Assembly (NCBI GenBank): GCA_963761445.1
Contig: CAVXHV010000018.1
Span: forward strand, 545,359-577,358
Origin: an uncultured Planctomycetota bacterium
GTDB taxonomy: Bacteria > Planctomycetota > Planctomycetia > Isosphaerales > Isosphaeraceae
Direction of reading: 5' to 3'
Length of the DNA: 32,000 nucleotides
Shown here: in pieces, positions 1 through 8,164 of the stretch
Layout: every line of letters starts with the position of its first letter
Numbering within the stretch: the first letter of the stretch is position 1
Translations under genes and position numbers: made by a program
Notes under the pieces: model-generated
What the model saw: only the letters and a program-made list of their open reading frames with translations
What the model was told of the DNA's origin: nothing
Database searches by the model: none

Positions 1-282
1 CCGGGCCGTCAGGTATTCCAGGCGCTCCTCAAGGAGAAAGTCATCATCGGCCGGTCCTGGCCGTCGATGCCCGAGCATGTCCGCGTCACGATCGGCACGC
101 GTGATGAGATGGCGAAGTTCCGCACAGCCTTCGAGCGCAGTCATGAATGTCTGAACCGCCGAAGCGGCCGGCCCGGCCGCGCACGGAACGCTACGATTTG
201 CACGATCTGGCAGGAGACGCAATGGGCGGCGCCATCGCCGCGCTCGTTGCGCTCCCCTACGGCTTGGCCCTGGCGCGGATGA
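1..282 (+). CDS. Class I/II (HisC-like) aminotransferase, C-terminal end only; the 5' part lies outside the window
   Basis: Frame 1 reads ...QALLKEKVIIGRSWPSMPEHVRVTIGTRDEMAKFRTAFERS. This is the conserved C-terminal VRVTIGT..E...F block of histidinol-phosphate/aromatic aminotransferases. Beyond about nt 140 the frame continues as an Arg/Pro-rich tail to the stop at 280-282 and overlaps the next gene by 136 nt, so the true 3' end is uncertain. Confidence 0.55.
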   Translation, partial: PGRQVFQALLKEKVIIGRSWPSMPEHVRVTIGTRDEMAKFRTAFERSHECLNRRSGRPGRARNATICTIWQETQWAAPSPRSLRSPTAWPWRG

Positions 283-1445
283 TGGGGCTGCCGCCCGAGC
301 TGGGCCTCTTCACCTCGATCCTGACCGCGCCGGTGACTTCACTGCTCGGCCGCAATCCAGTCTTGATCGGCGGAACGGCCAGCGCCACCGTTCCGTTCAT
401 TGCCACCGCCGTCGCCTCTCAGGGCACCGGCGGCGCCGCCAAGGTCTGTCTGGCGGCATCGGTATTCATGATGATCTTCTGCATGTTGCGCCTGGGCCGA
501 TACGTGGCCAAGGTGCCGCATGCGGTCGTGTCCGGCTTCTCGTGCGGCGTCGGAGCCATGATGGTGATCCTCCAGCTCCGGACGCTTCTCGGCCTGACGT
601 CCCCTCGTGGGAGCCGCGCCGAGAGCTCGCTCCTCGAGCTTGTTCAGGTGGTTAAAATTCTCCCCCAGATGCGCTGGGAGCCATGCGTGCTCGGGCTGCT
701 CGTCATTGCCGGTGCACTGGTTGCCGCCCGTCGATGGCCGCGCTCGCCGGCACCTTTGCTCGGAGTCGTGCTGGCCGTCGCTGCCGCTGCGCTGCTCGGC
801 TGGCATGAGCGTGCGCTCGGGACCGTGTCGCTCTCTCTGCCGTCGTTCGCCGAGTTCACCTGGGGGCCAGCCGATGTTACCCAGGTATTGCCCGCCGCGC
901 TCGGCCTGGCGTTCGTCGCTTCGGTCAATATCCTGATCACCTCGCGTGTTGTCGAGCACTTTCAAGGCCGGCACAGACCCCTTCGCGCGGCCGACGCCGA
1001 CGCCGAGCTGGGCGCCTACGGAATGGCCAACCTCTGCGCCGGCGTGTTTGGAGCACCGCTCTCCGTCGGCATCCCCGCTCGCAGCCTGGCCAACTTGCGC
1101 TGCGGTGGAACCACCCGGCTTTCCAACCTGCTGCACGCGGTGTTTCTGCTGATATTGGCGGGGTTCGGTGCCAGCCTGATTGCGCGAATCCCCCTGGCTG
1201 CGCTCGCGGGCGTGACAGCCTACGTCGGTGTCAACCTCCTCGAATGGAGCACCTGGCGGCGACTGCCCCGCATGCGCCGGCTCGATGCCATCGCGTTCCT
1301 CGCCACCGCCGCCGCCGTGCTCTCGACGAACGCCGTCGCCGCCGTGGCCATCGGCTGCTCCTTCTATGTCATTCAACACTTCATCTTGAAGTTTGCACCG
1401 ATCCAGAACGTGTTCGCGATTGGGCCTCGCAACGTGGATTCCTGA
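147..1445 (+). CDS. SulP-family inorganic anion transporter, membrane domain only (no STAS domain)
   Basis: 432-aa ORF with an ATG start. It carries the N-terminal SulP signature DLAGDAMGGAIAALVALPYGLALARMMGLPPELGLFTSI, followed by hydrophobic segments along the whole length. The stop is at 1445 and the next gene starts at 1460, which leaves no room for the usual C-terminal STAS domain. Confidence 0.8.
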   Translation: MSEPPKRPARPRTERYDLHDLAGDAMGGAIAALVALPYGLALARMMGLPPELGLFTSILTAPVTSLLGRNPVLIGGTASATVPFIATAVASQGTGGAAKVCLAASVFMMIFCMLRLGRYVAKVPHAVVSGFSCGVGAMMVILQLRTLLGLTSPRGSRAESSLLELVQVVKILPQMRWEPCVLGLLVIAGALVAARRWPRSPAPLLGVVLAVAAAALLGWHERALGTVSLSLPSFAEFTWGPADVTQVLPAALGLAFVASVNILITSRVVEHFQGRHRPLRAADADAELGAYGMANLCAGVFGAPLSVGIPARSLANLRCGGTTRLSNLLHAVFLLILAGFGASLIARIPLAALAGVTAYVGVNLLEWSTWRRLPRMRRLDAIAFLATAAAVLSTNAVAAVAIGCSFYVIQHFILKFAPIQNVFAIGPRNVDS

Positions 1446-1459
1446 TCCGCTCAAGAACC

Positions 1460-2047
1460 ATGATCGCATCCAATGTGACCTTCTTCAAAACGCCCGCGGA
1501 ATTCCGCAAGTGGCTTGCGAAGTACGAATCCACTGCGCAAGAGCTGTGGGTCGGTTTTCACAAGAAAGATTCAGGCAAGCCCAGCATCACCTGGCCCGAG
1601 TCGGTCGATGAGGCGTTGTGCGCGGGCTGGATCGACGGCATTCGCAAGAACCTGGACGAGACCAGCTACATCATTCGCTTCACCCGGCGCAAGACCGGCA
1701 GCATCTGGAGTGCCGTCAACATCAAGCGCGCTCAGGAGCTCATCGCGCTCGGAAAGATGAAGCCCTCGGGTCTACAGGCCTTCGAGAACCGACGCGAGGA
1801 TCGGTCGCTCCGCGACTCGTTTGAACAGCAAGGCTCGCAGCTCGCCGGTGAGTACGAAGAAAAGCTGAGGTCCAATCCCGCCGCCTGGACGTTCTTCAAA
1901 TCACGGCCCCCCGGGTATCAGAAACTCGCCCTCTGGTGGGTCATGAGCGCAAAGAAGGAAGAAACCCGGCTCCGGAGGCTGGACCAGCTCATCGCGCACT
2001 CTGCGAGCAATCAAGTCATCGACTGGATGAAGTCCACCAAGAAATGA
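1460..2047 (+). CDS. YdeI/OmpD-associated (OmdA, bacteriocin-protection) family protein
   Basis: ATG at 1460 inside ORF 1244..2047; the upstream part of that ORF is Arg-rich read-through of the sulP 3' end. FFKTPAEFRKWLAKYESTAQELWVGFHKKDSGKPSITWPESVDEALCAGWIDGIRK...RFTRRKTGSIWSAVNIKRAQELIALGKMKPSGL...KKEETRLRRLDQLI fits the family along all 195 aa. Confidence 0.75.
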   Translation: MIASNVTFFKTPAEFRKWLAKYESTAQELWVGFHKKDSGKPSITWPESVDEALCAGWIDGIRKNLDETSYIIRFTRRKTGSIWSAVNIKRAQELIALGKMKPSGLQAFENRREDRSLRDSFEQQGSQLAGEYEEKLRSNPAAWTFFKSRPPGYQKLALWWVMSAKKEETRLRRLDQLIAHSASNQVIDWMKSTKK

Positions 2048-2099
2048 CAATCGCAAGTGAACCGATGGCGTCAAGATGATTCGCTCGGAGTATCCTCCC

Positions 2100-2714
2100 T
2101 CATTCGCCAGTCGCAGGCGATTCGAGGCCGGACCGCCGCAAGGCGCGATCCTCGAGCCGACTCCCGAGCAGGTCGCGGGCGCGCGTTATCCGGGAGGACA
2201 ACTGCACCGGGTTGCCAACGGGCTTGGCCAGTGCCAGGTTTGCGCGGTTCAAGTCAGCCTCGGCCTGGAGCGTGATGAACTCTACCTCGCGATCGCGGAG
2301 GTCTGCCCGGGCCCCTTCCAGCGCGCGGTCGGCGCGGGCAATCGCTGACTTCACCAGGTCAATCGCGGTGTCCAATCGAATCAGTTCGCAGTCTGAGTCG
2401 CACGCGAGCCTTGGGCCGCGAGCTTTGAGCTCGACCACAACGCACTCACGTTGCCGCTCCAGCGACTGCAATCGCGCCCAGAGGCCGTCGCGCAAGCCAC
2501 GAACAAACTCTGTGTCCTGCCGCTCGCGGTCCAGTTGTCCGGAAATTGCGCCGAGCTCGTGGTCGGCGAGGTGGTCCCCCAGCGCTCTCCAGCAGGTGAA
2601 CGCAGCCTCTTCGGCTTGCCGCATCACGGCGCACGGCCCGACGAACGCACCCAGGAAGATCGCTGACCCGATCGCGATCGACGCGTGTCCGATGAGGGAC
2701 TTGATCCGAGACAT
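2100..2714 (-). CDS. Hypothetical membrane-anchored coiled-coil protein (204 aa)
   Basis: I chose the internal ATG at 2714 (MSRIKSLIGHASIAIGSAIFLGAFVG...) because AAGGAG lies 7 nt upstream. It has one N-terminal TM helix followed by an Ala/Arg/Glu/Leu-rich helical region (LQAEADLNRANLALAK). No family was recognised. The 110 codons upstream in ORF 2100..3044 look non-coding. Confidence 0.5.
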   Translation of the reverse strand: MSRIKSLIGHASIAIGSAIFLGAFVGPCAVMRQAEEAAFTCWRALGDHLADHELGAISGQLDRERQDTEFVRGLRDGLWARLQSLERQRECVVVELKARGPRLACDSDCELIRLDTAIDLVKSAIARADRALEGARADLRDREVEFITLQAEADLNRANLALAKPVGNPVQLSSRITRARDLLGSRLEDRALRRSGLESPATGE

Positions 2715-3340
2715 GGTCGAGCTCCTTTGCGAAGACGGGCCCGTGCCCGACGGCTGGTTCGTCTGATTGCCGGCTTGTGTGAGTGGTCCATCAGATTGGG
2801 AGCCGCAGGTCTGCTCGGAACCGGAGCCTGCCCGTGATTCCGCGGGACGACCCGGGGCAATCGGCTTCCACGCCGATCCGTCACGGTTGTCGATCGAAGT
2901 GGGAAGCTCCCAGGGCATCGGGTTGTACGAACCACAAGATCGAGTGTGATCTGGGCCGCGATCGACGTGCGTATCGGGATGGTCGCGCATGGGTTGTTCT
3001 CCGTACGATGGATTGGTAACCAGTCGAAAAGCGGTCGAGCGCACTGACGGTTAAGCACGCAGGGGCATCGAGCCCCCGCGTCGAGCTGCCTCCGGTCGGG
3101 TGTGGAAACTCGATCGGGCCGGACTGCTCGGTTCAACACCACTGACTAAGGCCGAATGCGTGGAGTCTTTCTATTTTTTTTTTCGCTCGGCTGGATCATC
3201 GATCGCGCGTGTTCGCCGAAATCGCATTTTCTGAGCTTCAGGAAAAAAACCGGAAAGGAATTCGGCGTTCGGCCCTATACACGCGTAGGACTGGTGGTTC
3301 CCACTGACCGGGATCTCGGAGCATCGAGGGGATCTGAACG

Positions 3341-3736
3341 ATGGCGGCCAATGGCGCGTCCTTCCCTCAGCCGGGAAGACACCGAGCATTTCTGGAGTTC
3401 GTGCGAATGCACGAGAGCGAGCTGCGCGGCTTCGCCCGGAGCCGGGTCGGGTCCGAGCATGTAACCCAGGACATTGTGCAGACGACGTTCTTGAATGCCT
3501 GGACCGACGCAAGATTCGATCCCAGGCATCCTTACGCCCGCGCATGGGTTTTCACGACTGCTCGCCGGCTGATTCTTGATTGGCGGCGGTCGGAAGAGAG
3601 CAACTCCGTCAGCCTCGATGACTTGAGTGCGCGCGCGCCAGAGAGATGGCTCGCGGGGATCGCAGTCGGCGGTGCCCGTCGATCAGAGGACGCGCGATCC
3701 CCTGGGCTTGATGATCGAGGAGGAGAGGAACCGTAA
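3341..3736 (+). CDS. ECF sigma factor, region-2 fragment (apparent frameshift; continues in 3627..3965)
   Basis: ATG with GGGGA 8 nt upstream. FLEFVRMHESELRGFARSRVGSEHVTQDIVQTTFLNAWTDARFDPRHPYARAWVFTTARRLILDWRR is a sigma-70 region 2 of ECF type. After SVSLDDLSARA the frame turns into junk and stops at 3736. Confidence 0.8.
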   Translation: MAANGASFPQPGRHRAFLEFVRMHESELRGFARSRVGSEHVTQDIVQTTFLNAWTDARFDPRHPYARAWVFTTARRLILDWRRSEESNSVSLDDLSARAPERWLAGIAVGGARRSEDARSPGLDDRGGEEP

Positions 3737-3965
3737 GCTTGATCTCGCGCTGAGCATGCTTTCGGATGATCAGCGAGAGGTCCTCGAGCGATACTACCTC
3801 CGGAAGGAAGGAACCCAGTACGATATCGCGCAAGCGCTGGGCCTCACCATCGCTGCATTTAACAGCCGTCTCAATCGTGCCCGCAAGGAGCTGAAGCGCC
3901 TGATCCTGAAGGTTCGCGGGCATGACGAGGGATCTCGCAACGGCCATGACTTCCGAAACGGGTAA
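3627..3965 (+). CDS. ECF sigma factor, region-4 fragment (the other frame of the same gene)
   Basis: LMIEEERNRKLDLALSMLSDDQREVLERYYLRKEGTQYDIAQALGLTIAAFNSRLNRARKELKRLI is a sigma-70 region 4 HTH. This frame opens at 3627, immediately at a gcgcgcgcgcc run (3629-3639). Confidence 0.8.
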   Translation: MRARQRDGSRGSQSAVPVDQRTRDPLGLMIEEERNRKLDLALSMLSDDQREVLERYYLRKEGTQYDIAQALGLTIAAFNSRLNRARKELKRLILKVRGHDEGSRNGHDFRNG

Positions 3966-3971
3966 TACACT

Positions 3972-5309
3972 GTGCCCTGCGCCAGCCGGTTCTGGGAAGT
4001 CGCCGGAGGCGACTCCTGGCAAGCGAGCGAGCGCCTCCACATCGCGTCCTGCCCTCATTGCCGGGCCGCCGAGCGCGCGATCCGCTATGCCGTCGGCCGC
4101 GCGGTCGCGGAACCGGAGCCGTCGCATTGGATCGACGACGAAACTGTGGAAGACGCCGAGCAGACGTCTTCACGCTGGGTCGCCCCCGATTCCGTTGCCG
4201 TCTCCGAGGCGTCCGTTTCTCTCACTCGTCTCCACGCGGACGCCCATTCCACCGGGCCTCATGAGCCGGACGATTATTCGGGCCGCGATCATCGGATGGC
4301 CGAGAGAATCGCCAATCCGCCAGATTTCGTTGAGACGTTCGCATCCGGCAGCTTCACGCACTCGCCTGGTTCCTCCGTCAATACGGCCGGAAGCTGGTCT
4401 GGCCTGCCTGCCAGGTTCGGCGACTATCAGGTGATCGAACAGCTCGGCACCGGCGGCATGGGAGTCGTATTCAAGGCACGCGACGTCGCACTGAACAGGC
4501 TTGTTGCCATCAAGGTCATGCACCGCTTCGGCAGGTCGGACGAGCGGGCCATGGACCGGTTCCTCCGTGAGGCCCGGATCTCGGCTGGTCTCAACCATCC
4601 ATCGATCGCACGAATCTTCAACGTGAGTCAGATCGATGGCATGCCCTACATCGTCAGTGAGTTTGTCGAGGGCAAGTGCCTCTCCGATTGCACGCCTCCG
4701 CACGGTCGTATTGCGCCCGTCAATCTGGCAAGCATCATCGCTCTCGTTGCCGACGCCCTCCACCATGCACACAAGTCGGGCATCATCCATCGCGATGTCA
4801 AGCCATCGAACATCTTGATCGACCAGGAGCTCTGCCCCCACCTGATCGATTTCGGCTTGGCTCGGTCGCGTGTGGGCGGCGACGAGGCTTCACTTTCCCA
4901 TGCCGGCCAGATCGTCGGTACCCTGAGCTACATGAGCCCCGAGCAGGCACAAGCGCGAAGCGACGCCATCGGTCCGGCCACCGACGTGTATAGCCTCGGT
5001 GCCACGCTCTACACGCTTCTTGCCGGGCGGCCTCCGTTCCGTGGCGACGGTCCGCTCGAGACGATACAGCTACTCACCACCGTCGAGCCCCCTCCGCCCA
5101 GCCAGTTCAACCCGACGATCCCGCGTGACCTTGAAACCATCTGCCTCAAAGCATTGGCCAAAGATCCTCGGAAACGCTATGCGACGGCCAGCGATATGGC
5201 AGATGACCTGCGTCGATTCCAGCAAGGCAGTCCCATTTCTGCTCGCGCGCCGCGGCGCGCGAGCGTGCAGCTCGTCTGCTGCGCCGCCATCGGTTCTTGT
5301 TCCTCATGA
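3972..5309 (+). CDS. Ser/Thr protein kinase with an N-terminal zinc-finger anti-sigma-like (HxxxCxxC) segment; the C-terminus continues in another frame
   Basis: GTG start 7 nt after the sigma stop. The N-terminus carries HIASCPHC, which is H-x3-C-x2-C. Hanks kinase motifs are present: LGTGGMGVVFKARDVALNRLVAIKVM, HRDVKPSNILI, DFGLAR, SYMSPEQ. After DLRRFQQGSPISARAP the frame degenerates (VQLVCCAAIGSCSS, then stop). Confidence 0.85.
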   Translation: MPCASRFWEVAGGDSWQASERLHIASCPHCRAAERAIRYAVGRAVAEPEPSHWIDDETVEDAEQTSSRWVAPDSVAVSEASVSLTRLHADAHSTGPHEPDDYSGRDHRMAERIANPPDFVETFASGSFTHSPGSSVNTAGSWSGLPARFGDYQVIEQLGTGGMGVVFKARDVALNRLVAIKVMHRFGRSDERAMDRFLREARISAGLNHPSIARIFNVSQIDGMPYIVSEFVEGKCLSDCTPPHGRIAPVNLASIIALVADALHHAHKSGIIHRDVKPSNILIDQELCPHLIDFGLARSRVGGDEASLSHAGQIVGTLSYMSPEQAQARSDAIGPATDVYSLGATLYTLLAGRPPFRGDGPLETIQLLTTVEPPPPSQFNPTIPRDLETICLKALAKDPRKRYATASDMADDLRRFQQGSPISARAPRRASVQLVCCAAIGSCSS

Positions 5310-5827
5310 CCCTGATCGCCCTAGCGGCATCGATCTTCGGTGCGTGTTCCGCCCTCCTCGCGCTTCGGTACGGCAAATTTGGCCCCCACTCTGCGAACAC
5401 AACGGTGGTCGCAGTTGACGCAGAGAATCACCGGGACATTCGTCGGGCCGTCAATCGCGCGACGGAGGCCGAGCTCCGCAGGAACGCGAAGCTGGGCGAG
5501 GCACGAGTTCGCGATCAACCCAACCGACGTGATAACCTGCAATCGCTCGCCTCCACCTATCACCGGCTCGGTGACCTTTTCGTCAACACCGACCGGTTCT
5601 CCGAGGCCGAGTGGGCGTATGACAGGGCCGTCAAGCTTCTGCGGCAGTGTCTTCAGCTCGAGGCCAGCGATGCTTCGTCACACAAAGAGCTGGCCGACGT
5701 CCTTTGCAACGTCAGCGAAGTGGTGCGCGTCCTCGGCGAGACACACCACGCCCGCGAGCTTTCCCGAGAGGCCGAGGTGGTCCGCCGCCGCTTGGGCGCT
5801 GAATATGTCGATACCGAGCAATATTGA
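5297..5827 (+). CDS. Transmembrane helix plus TPR-like helical region; most likely the C-terminal part of the preceding kinase (frameshift)
   Basis: This frame is open upstream of the listed TTG and reads RAAARERAARLLRRHRFLFLMTLIALAASIFGACSALLAL. That is the Arg-rich juxtamembrane segment plus TM helix normally found right after the kinase domain in such receptor kinases. It is followed by helical repeats (LASTYHRLGDLFVNTDRFSEAEWAYDRAVKLL...). Confidence 0.6.
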   Translation: MFLMTLIALAASIFGACSALLALRYGKFGPHSANTTVVAVDAENHRDIRRAVNRATEAELRRNAKLGEARVRDQPNRRDNLQSLASTYHRLGDLFVNTDRFSEAEWAYDRAVKLLRQCLQLEASDASSHKELADVLCNVSEVVRVLGETHHARELSREAEVVRRRLGAEYVDTEQY

Positions 5828-5947
5828 GGTGCACGGGTTACCTCGATGTGCGTACCGATATAATCGAAATTCGGAGAAATTTGGAAGACCAGGGCCCGAG
5901 GATGGGATAAGAAGGATGTAGTTAACCGCGATCAGAGGGCCCTTTCG

Positions 5948-6514
5948 ATGTCAATCGCACGACGATGCACGGGCAATGATGACTTGTCGACGCTGTTTCG
6001 CCTTGGCGCAGCCGGCTCCCTGACCGACGAGGAGCTCCTCGCCCGGTTCACCGCCAAGAACGACCGCGGCCGATCCGAGGCGGCCTTCGCTGCGCTCGTG
6101 GCGCGACACGGTCGATTGGTACAAGGTGTCTGCCGCCGGATCTTGGGGTGTGCTCATGGGGCCGACGACGCCTTCCAGGCCACGTTTCTGATCCTGGCGT
6201 GCAAGGCTCACTCGGTGCGTGTGGATGACTCGCTGGGTCGCTGGCTTCACGGCGTCAGCATGCGCGTCGCCTGGCGAGCGAGGGCGATCGCGCGAGCGCA
6301 CCATCGCCACACGCAGCCGCTCGGGCGGATCGATCCGCCGGCTGCGTCGCAGACATTGGAAACAATCGAACACGATGAGCTCAGATTGGTTATCGACCAG
6401 GAGATTGCGCGGTTGCCGGCGCGATATCGATCGGTGATCGTGCTCTGCTGCCTTGAAGGTCTCAGCGACGACGTCGCTGCGCCGGCTGAAGTGCCCGATC
6501 GGCACGGTCCATAG
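5948..6514 (+). CDS. ECF-type sigma factor (extended planctomycete-like class), N-terminal fragment up to early region 4
   Basis: DLSTLFRLGAAGSLTDEELLARF...AAFAALVARHGRLVQGVCRRILG...DAFQATFLILACKAHSV...LGRWLHGVSMRVAWRAR...LPARYRSVIVLCCLEGLSDDVAA, then junk. It is a paralogue of the intact sigma domain at 21028..22164. Confidence 0.8.
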   Translation: MSIARRCTGNDDLSTLFRLGAAGSLTDEELLARFTAKNDRGRSEAAFAALVARHGRLVQGVCRRILGCAHGADDAFQATFLILACKAHSVRVDDSLGRWLHGVSMRVAWRARAIARAHHRHTQPLGRIDPPAASQTLETIEHDELRLVIDQEIARLPARYRSVIVLCCLEGLSDDVAAPAEVPDRHGP

Positions 6515-7883
6515 CCGGCTGAATCGAGCACGGGCACGCCTGCGCGACCGGCTGCTCCGGCGCGGACTCGCCCCCGCAGTCGGCGCCACGACGGCGCTTT
6601 CCGCCGCTATGACGTGCCGTGAGGCGGTCGCTCGGGGGCTCATTTCCTCGACGGCCGCCGCCGCAGTGCGGGTTGGAGCGCACGAAGCGACCATTGGGAT
6701 TGTTCCAGCCGCCGCCGTTGCCCTTGCGAATTCTGCACACAGGAGCACGTTCATGATTCGAGGAATTTGCGTGGCCGCGTCGGCCATTCTCGTTCTGGGA
6801 TTCGCCGCCCATGGCTCCGGCGCCGGGGGGTGGCAGGAACAAGGAGCCCAGCCAGGGGCCGATAGGTCGGCTCGCGAGAAAAGCAAGTCATCGAGTCATG
6901 AACTTCCATCCAGAAGGCCGACTCTCGAAGATCGCTATCGCGCCCTCGAAAAGGAATACGAATCGAAGAACGGCGCCTACCTCCACGAATATCAAAAGTT
7001 GACGGCCAGGGCCACGAGTTACGACGATCGCATGAAGGTCGCCTACGAGCTCAAAGATCTAGCCCCGGACAACCTCGCTTTTGCGAAGCGGTTCTTGGAG
7101 CTCGCACGGGAAAAACCCGACGATCCGATCGCCGGCGATGCAGCGTATTATGTTCATCAGATTATTCCGAAGGTGGCGCAGCTTCAACTGATCGACAAGA
7201 GTCGAGACGGCAAAGCCCTCTGGGCCGAGTACTGGAGTCCCTACGTCGAGTCGCTCACGCTCTTGCGCGAACATCACGCGCACAACCCCAGGATGGGTGA
7301 ATATCTTCAACAAATCGCTCTGTGCGCGAGCCCTGAGGCCGAGGCCCTGTTTCGGGAAGTATTGGCGAAAAATCCGTCTCGCTTGGCCAGGGGACATGCC
7401 CTGCAGGGGCTCGCGCGAGCCCTTGAGGACAAATCTCTGACCGTTCAGTCTTTTCTGGAGCACCCCGAGAAGGTCAAGGAGTCAGAGCTGAAGAACGGTG
7501 ACCGGATCATCCGCTGGGTTAACGGGCAGGACCCGGCAGCGCTCATGCTCGAGGTGGAGTCGCTGCACGAGCGAGTTCTCAAGGAGTATTCCGACGTTCG
7601 CACGTTCCCCACCTACCCAGACGACAAGCAAACGATCGACCGGGCGTCCCTGTACTGGTTGGCGAATCACCGTCAATTGATCGTTGGCGCGCGCGGCTCC
7701 CGAGATCGATGGCGTCGACATCAATGGGAAGCGGTTCAAACTGAGCGATTTCCGTGGCAGGGTCGTCGCCCTCGTCTTCTGGGCGAGCTGGTGCGGTCCG
7801 TGTCTGCAAGAAATCCCTCACGAGAAAGAACTGGCGAAACGGCTGGAAGGCAAGCCGTTTGCCCTGATCGGAGTCAACTGTGA
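6453..7883 (+). CDS. Continuation of the same sigma factor: rest of the region-4 HTH, a TM helix and a ~330-aa helical extracytoplasmic region
   Basis: RRLKCPIGTVHSRLNRARARLRDRLLRRGL completes the HTH. The TM helix is ICVAASAILVLGFAAHG, followed by a long helical region. The last ~65 codons (ARGSRDRWRRHQWE...) are junk, because the coding frame switches again near 7690. Confidence 0.7.
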   Translation: MKVSATTSLRRLKCPIGTVHSRLNRARARLRDRLLRRGLAPAVGATTALSAAMTCREAVARGLISSTAAAAVRVGAHEATIGIVPAAAVALANSAHRSTFMIRGICVAASAILVLGFAAHGSGAGGWQEQGAQPGADRSAREKSKSSSHELPSRRPTLEDRYRALEKEYESKNGAYLHEYQKLTARATSYDDRMKVAYELKDLAPDNLAFAKRFLELAREKPDDPIAGDAAYYVHQIIPKVAQLQLIDKSRDGKALWAEYWSPYVESLTLLREHHAHNPRMGEYLQQIALCASPEAEALFREVLAKNPSRLARGHALQGLARALEDKSLTVQSFLEHPEKVKESELKNGDRIIRWVNGQDPAALMLEVESLHERVLKEYSDVRTFPTYPDDKQTIDRASLYWLANHRQLIVGARGSRDRWRRHQWEAVQTERFPWQGRRPRLLGELVRSVSARNPSRERTGETAGRQAVCPDRSQL

Positions 7884-8139
7884 TTCTGACAGAGACAAGG
7901 CCAGCTCTGTTCTCGAAAAAGAGAAGATCACTTGGCCCAACTGGTTCGATGGCGCTCAGGATCGCAAGGGCGCGATCGCCGCTGTCTATCATGTCCAGGC
8001 AATTCCAACCTTCTATATCATCGACGGCGAGGGGATCATCCGGTTCAAGGACGTCCGAGGCGAGGCACTCGATCGAGCGGTCGACGAGACACTGAAGCGA
8101 ATCGAACGCAAGACGCCTGAGCCGCGCCTCGCGAGATAG
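7684..8139 (+). CDS. TlpA-like thioredoxin-fold (redoxin) domain; most likely the C-terminal domain of the same sigma-factor fusion
   Basis: APEIDGVDINGKRFKLSDFRGRVVALVFWASWCGPCLQEIPHEKELAKRLEGKPFALIGVNCD...VQAIPTFYIIDGEGII is a canonical TlpA/ResA-type redoxin with a WCGPC active site. The preceding frame ends ...LANHRQLIVGAR, which supplies the usual residues found before APEI. Confidence 0.8.
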   Translation: MARAAPEIDGVDINGKRFKLSDFRGRVVALVFWASWCGPCLQEIPHEKELAKRLEGKPFALIGVNCDSDRDKASSVLEKEKITWPNWFDGAQDRKGAIAAVYHVQAIPTFYIIDGEGIIRFKDVRGEALDRAVDETLKRIERKTPEPRLAR

Positions 8140-8164
8140 CGTGTGGCGCATCACTCGATTGATT

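Noticed and set aside
339-1469. 376-aa ORF on the minus strand, antisense to the SulP gene
   Set aside because: Its Arg/Gly/Pro/Ala-rich low-complexity translation is typical of the antisense frame of a GC-rich gene. The plus-strand product has clear SulP motifs.
2715-3044. 110-codon upstream extension of the coiled-coil ORF, plus the plus-strand ORFs 2212..2766, 2767..2949 and 2783..3019
   Set aside because: The AAGGAG SD sits in front of the ATG at 2714. The extension and the plus-strand ORFs show low-complexity composition and no motifs.
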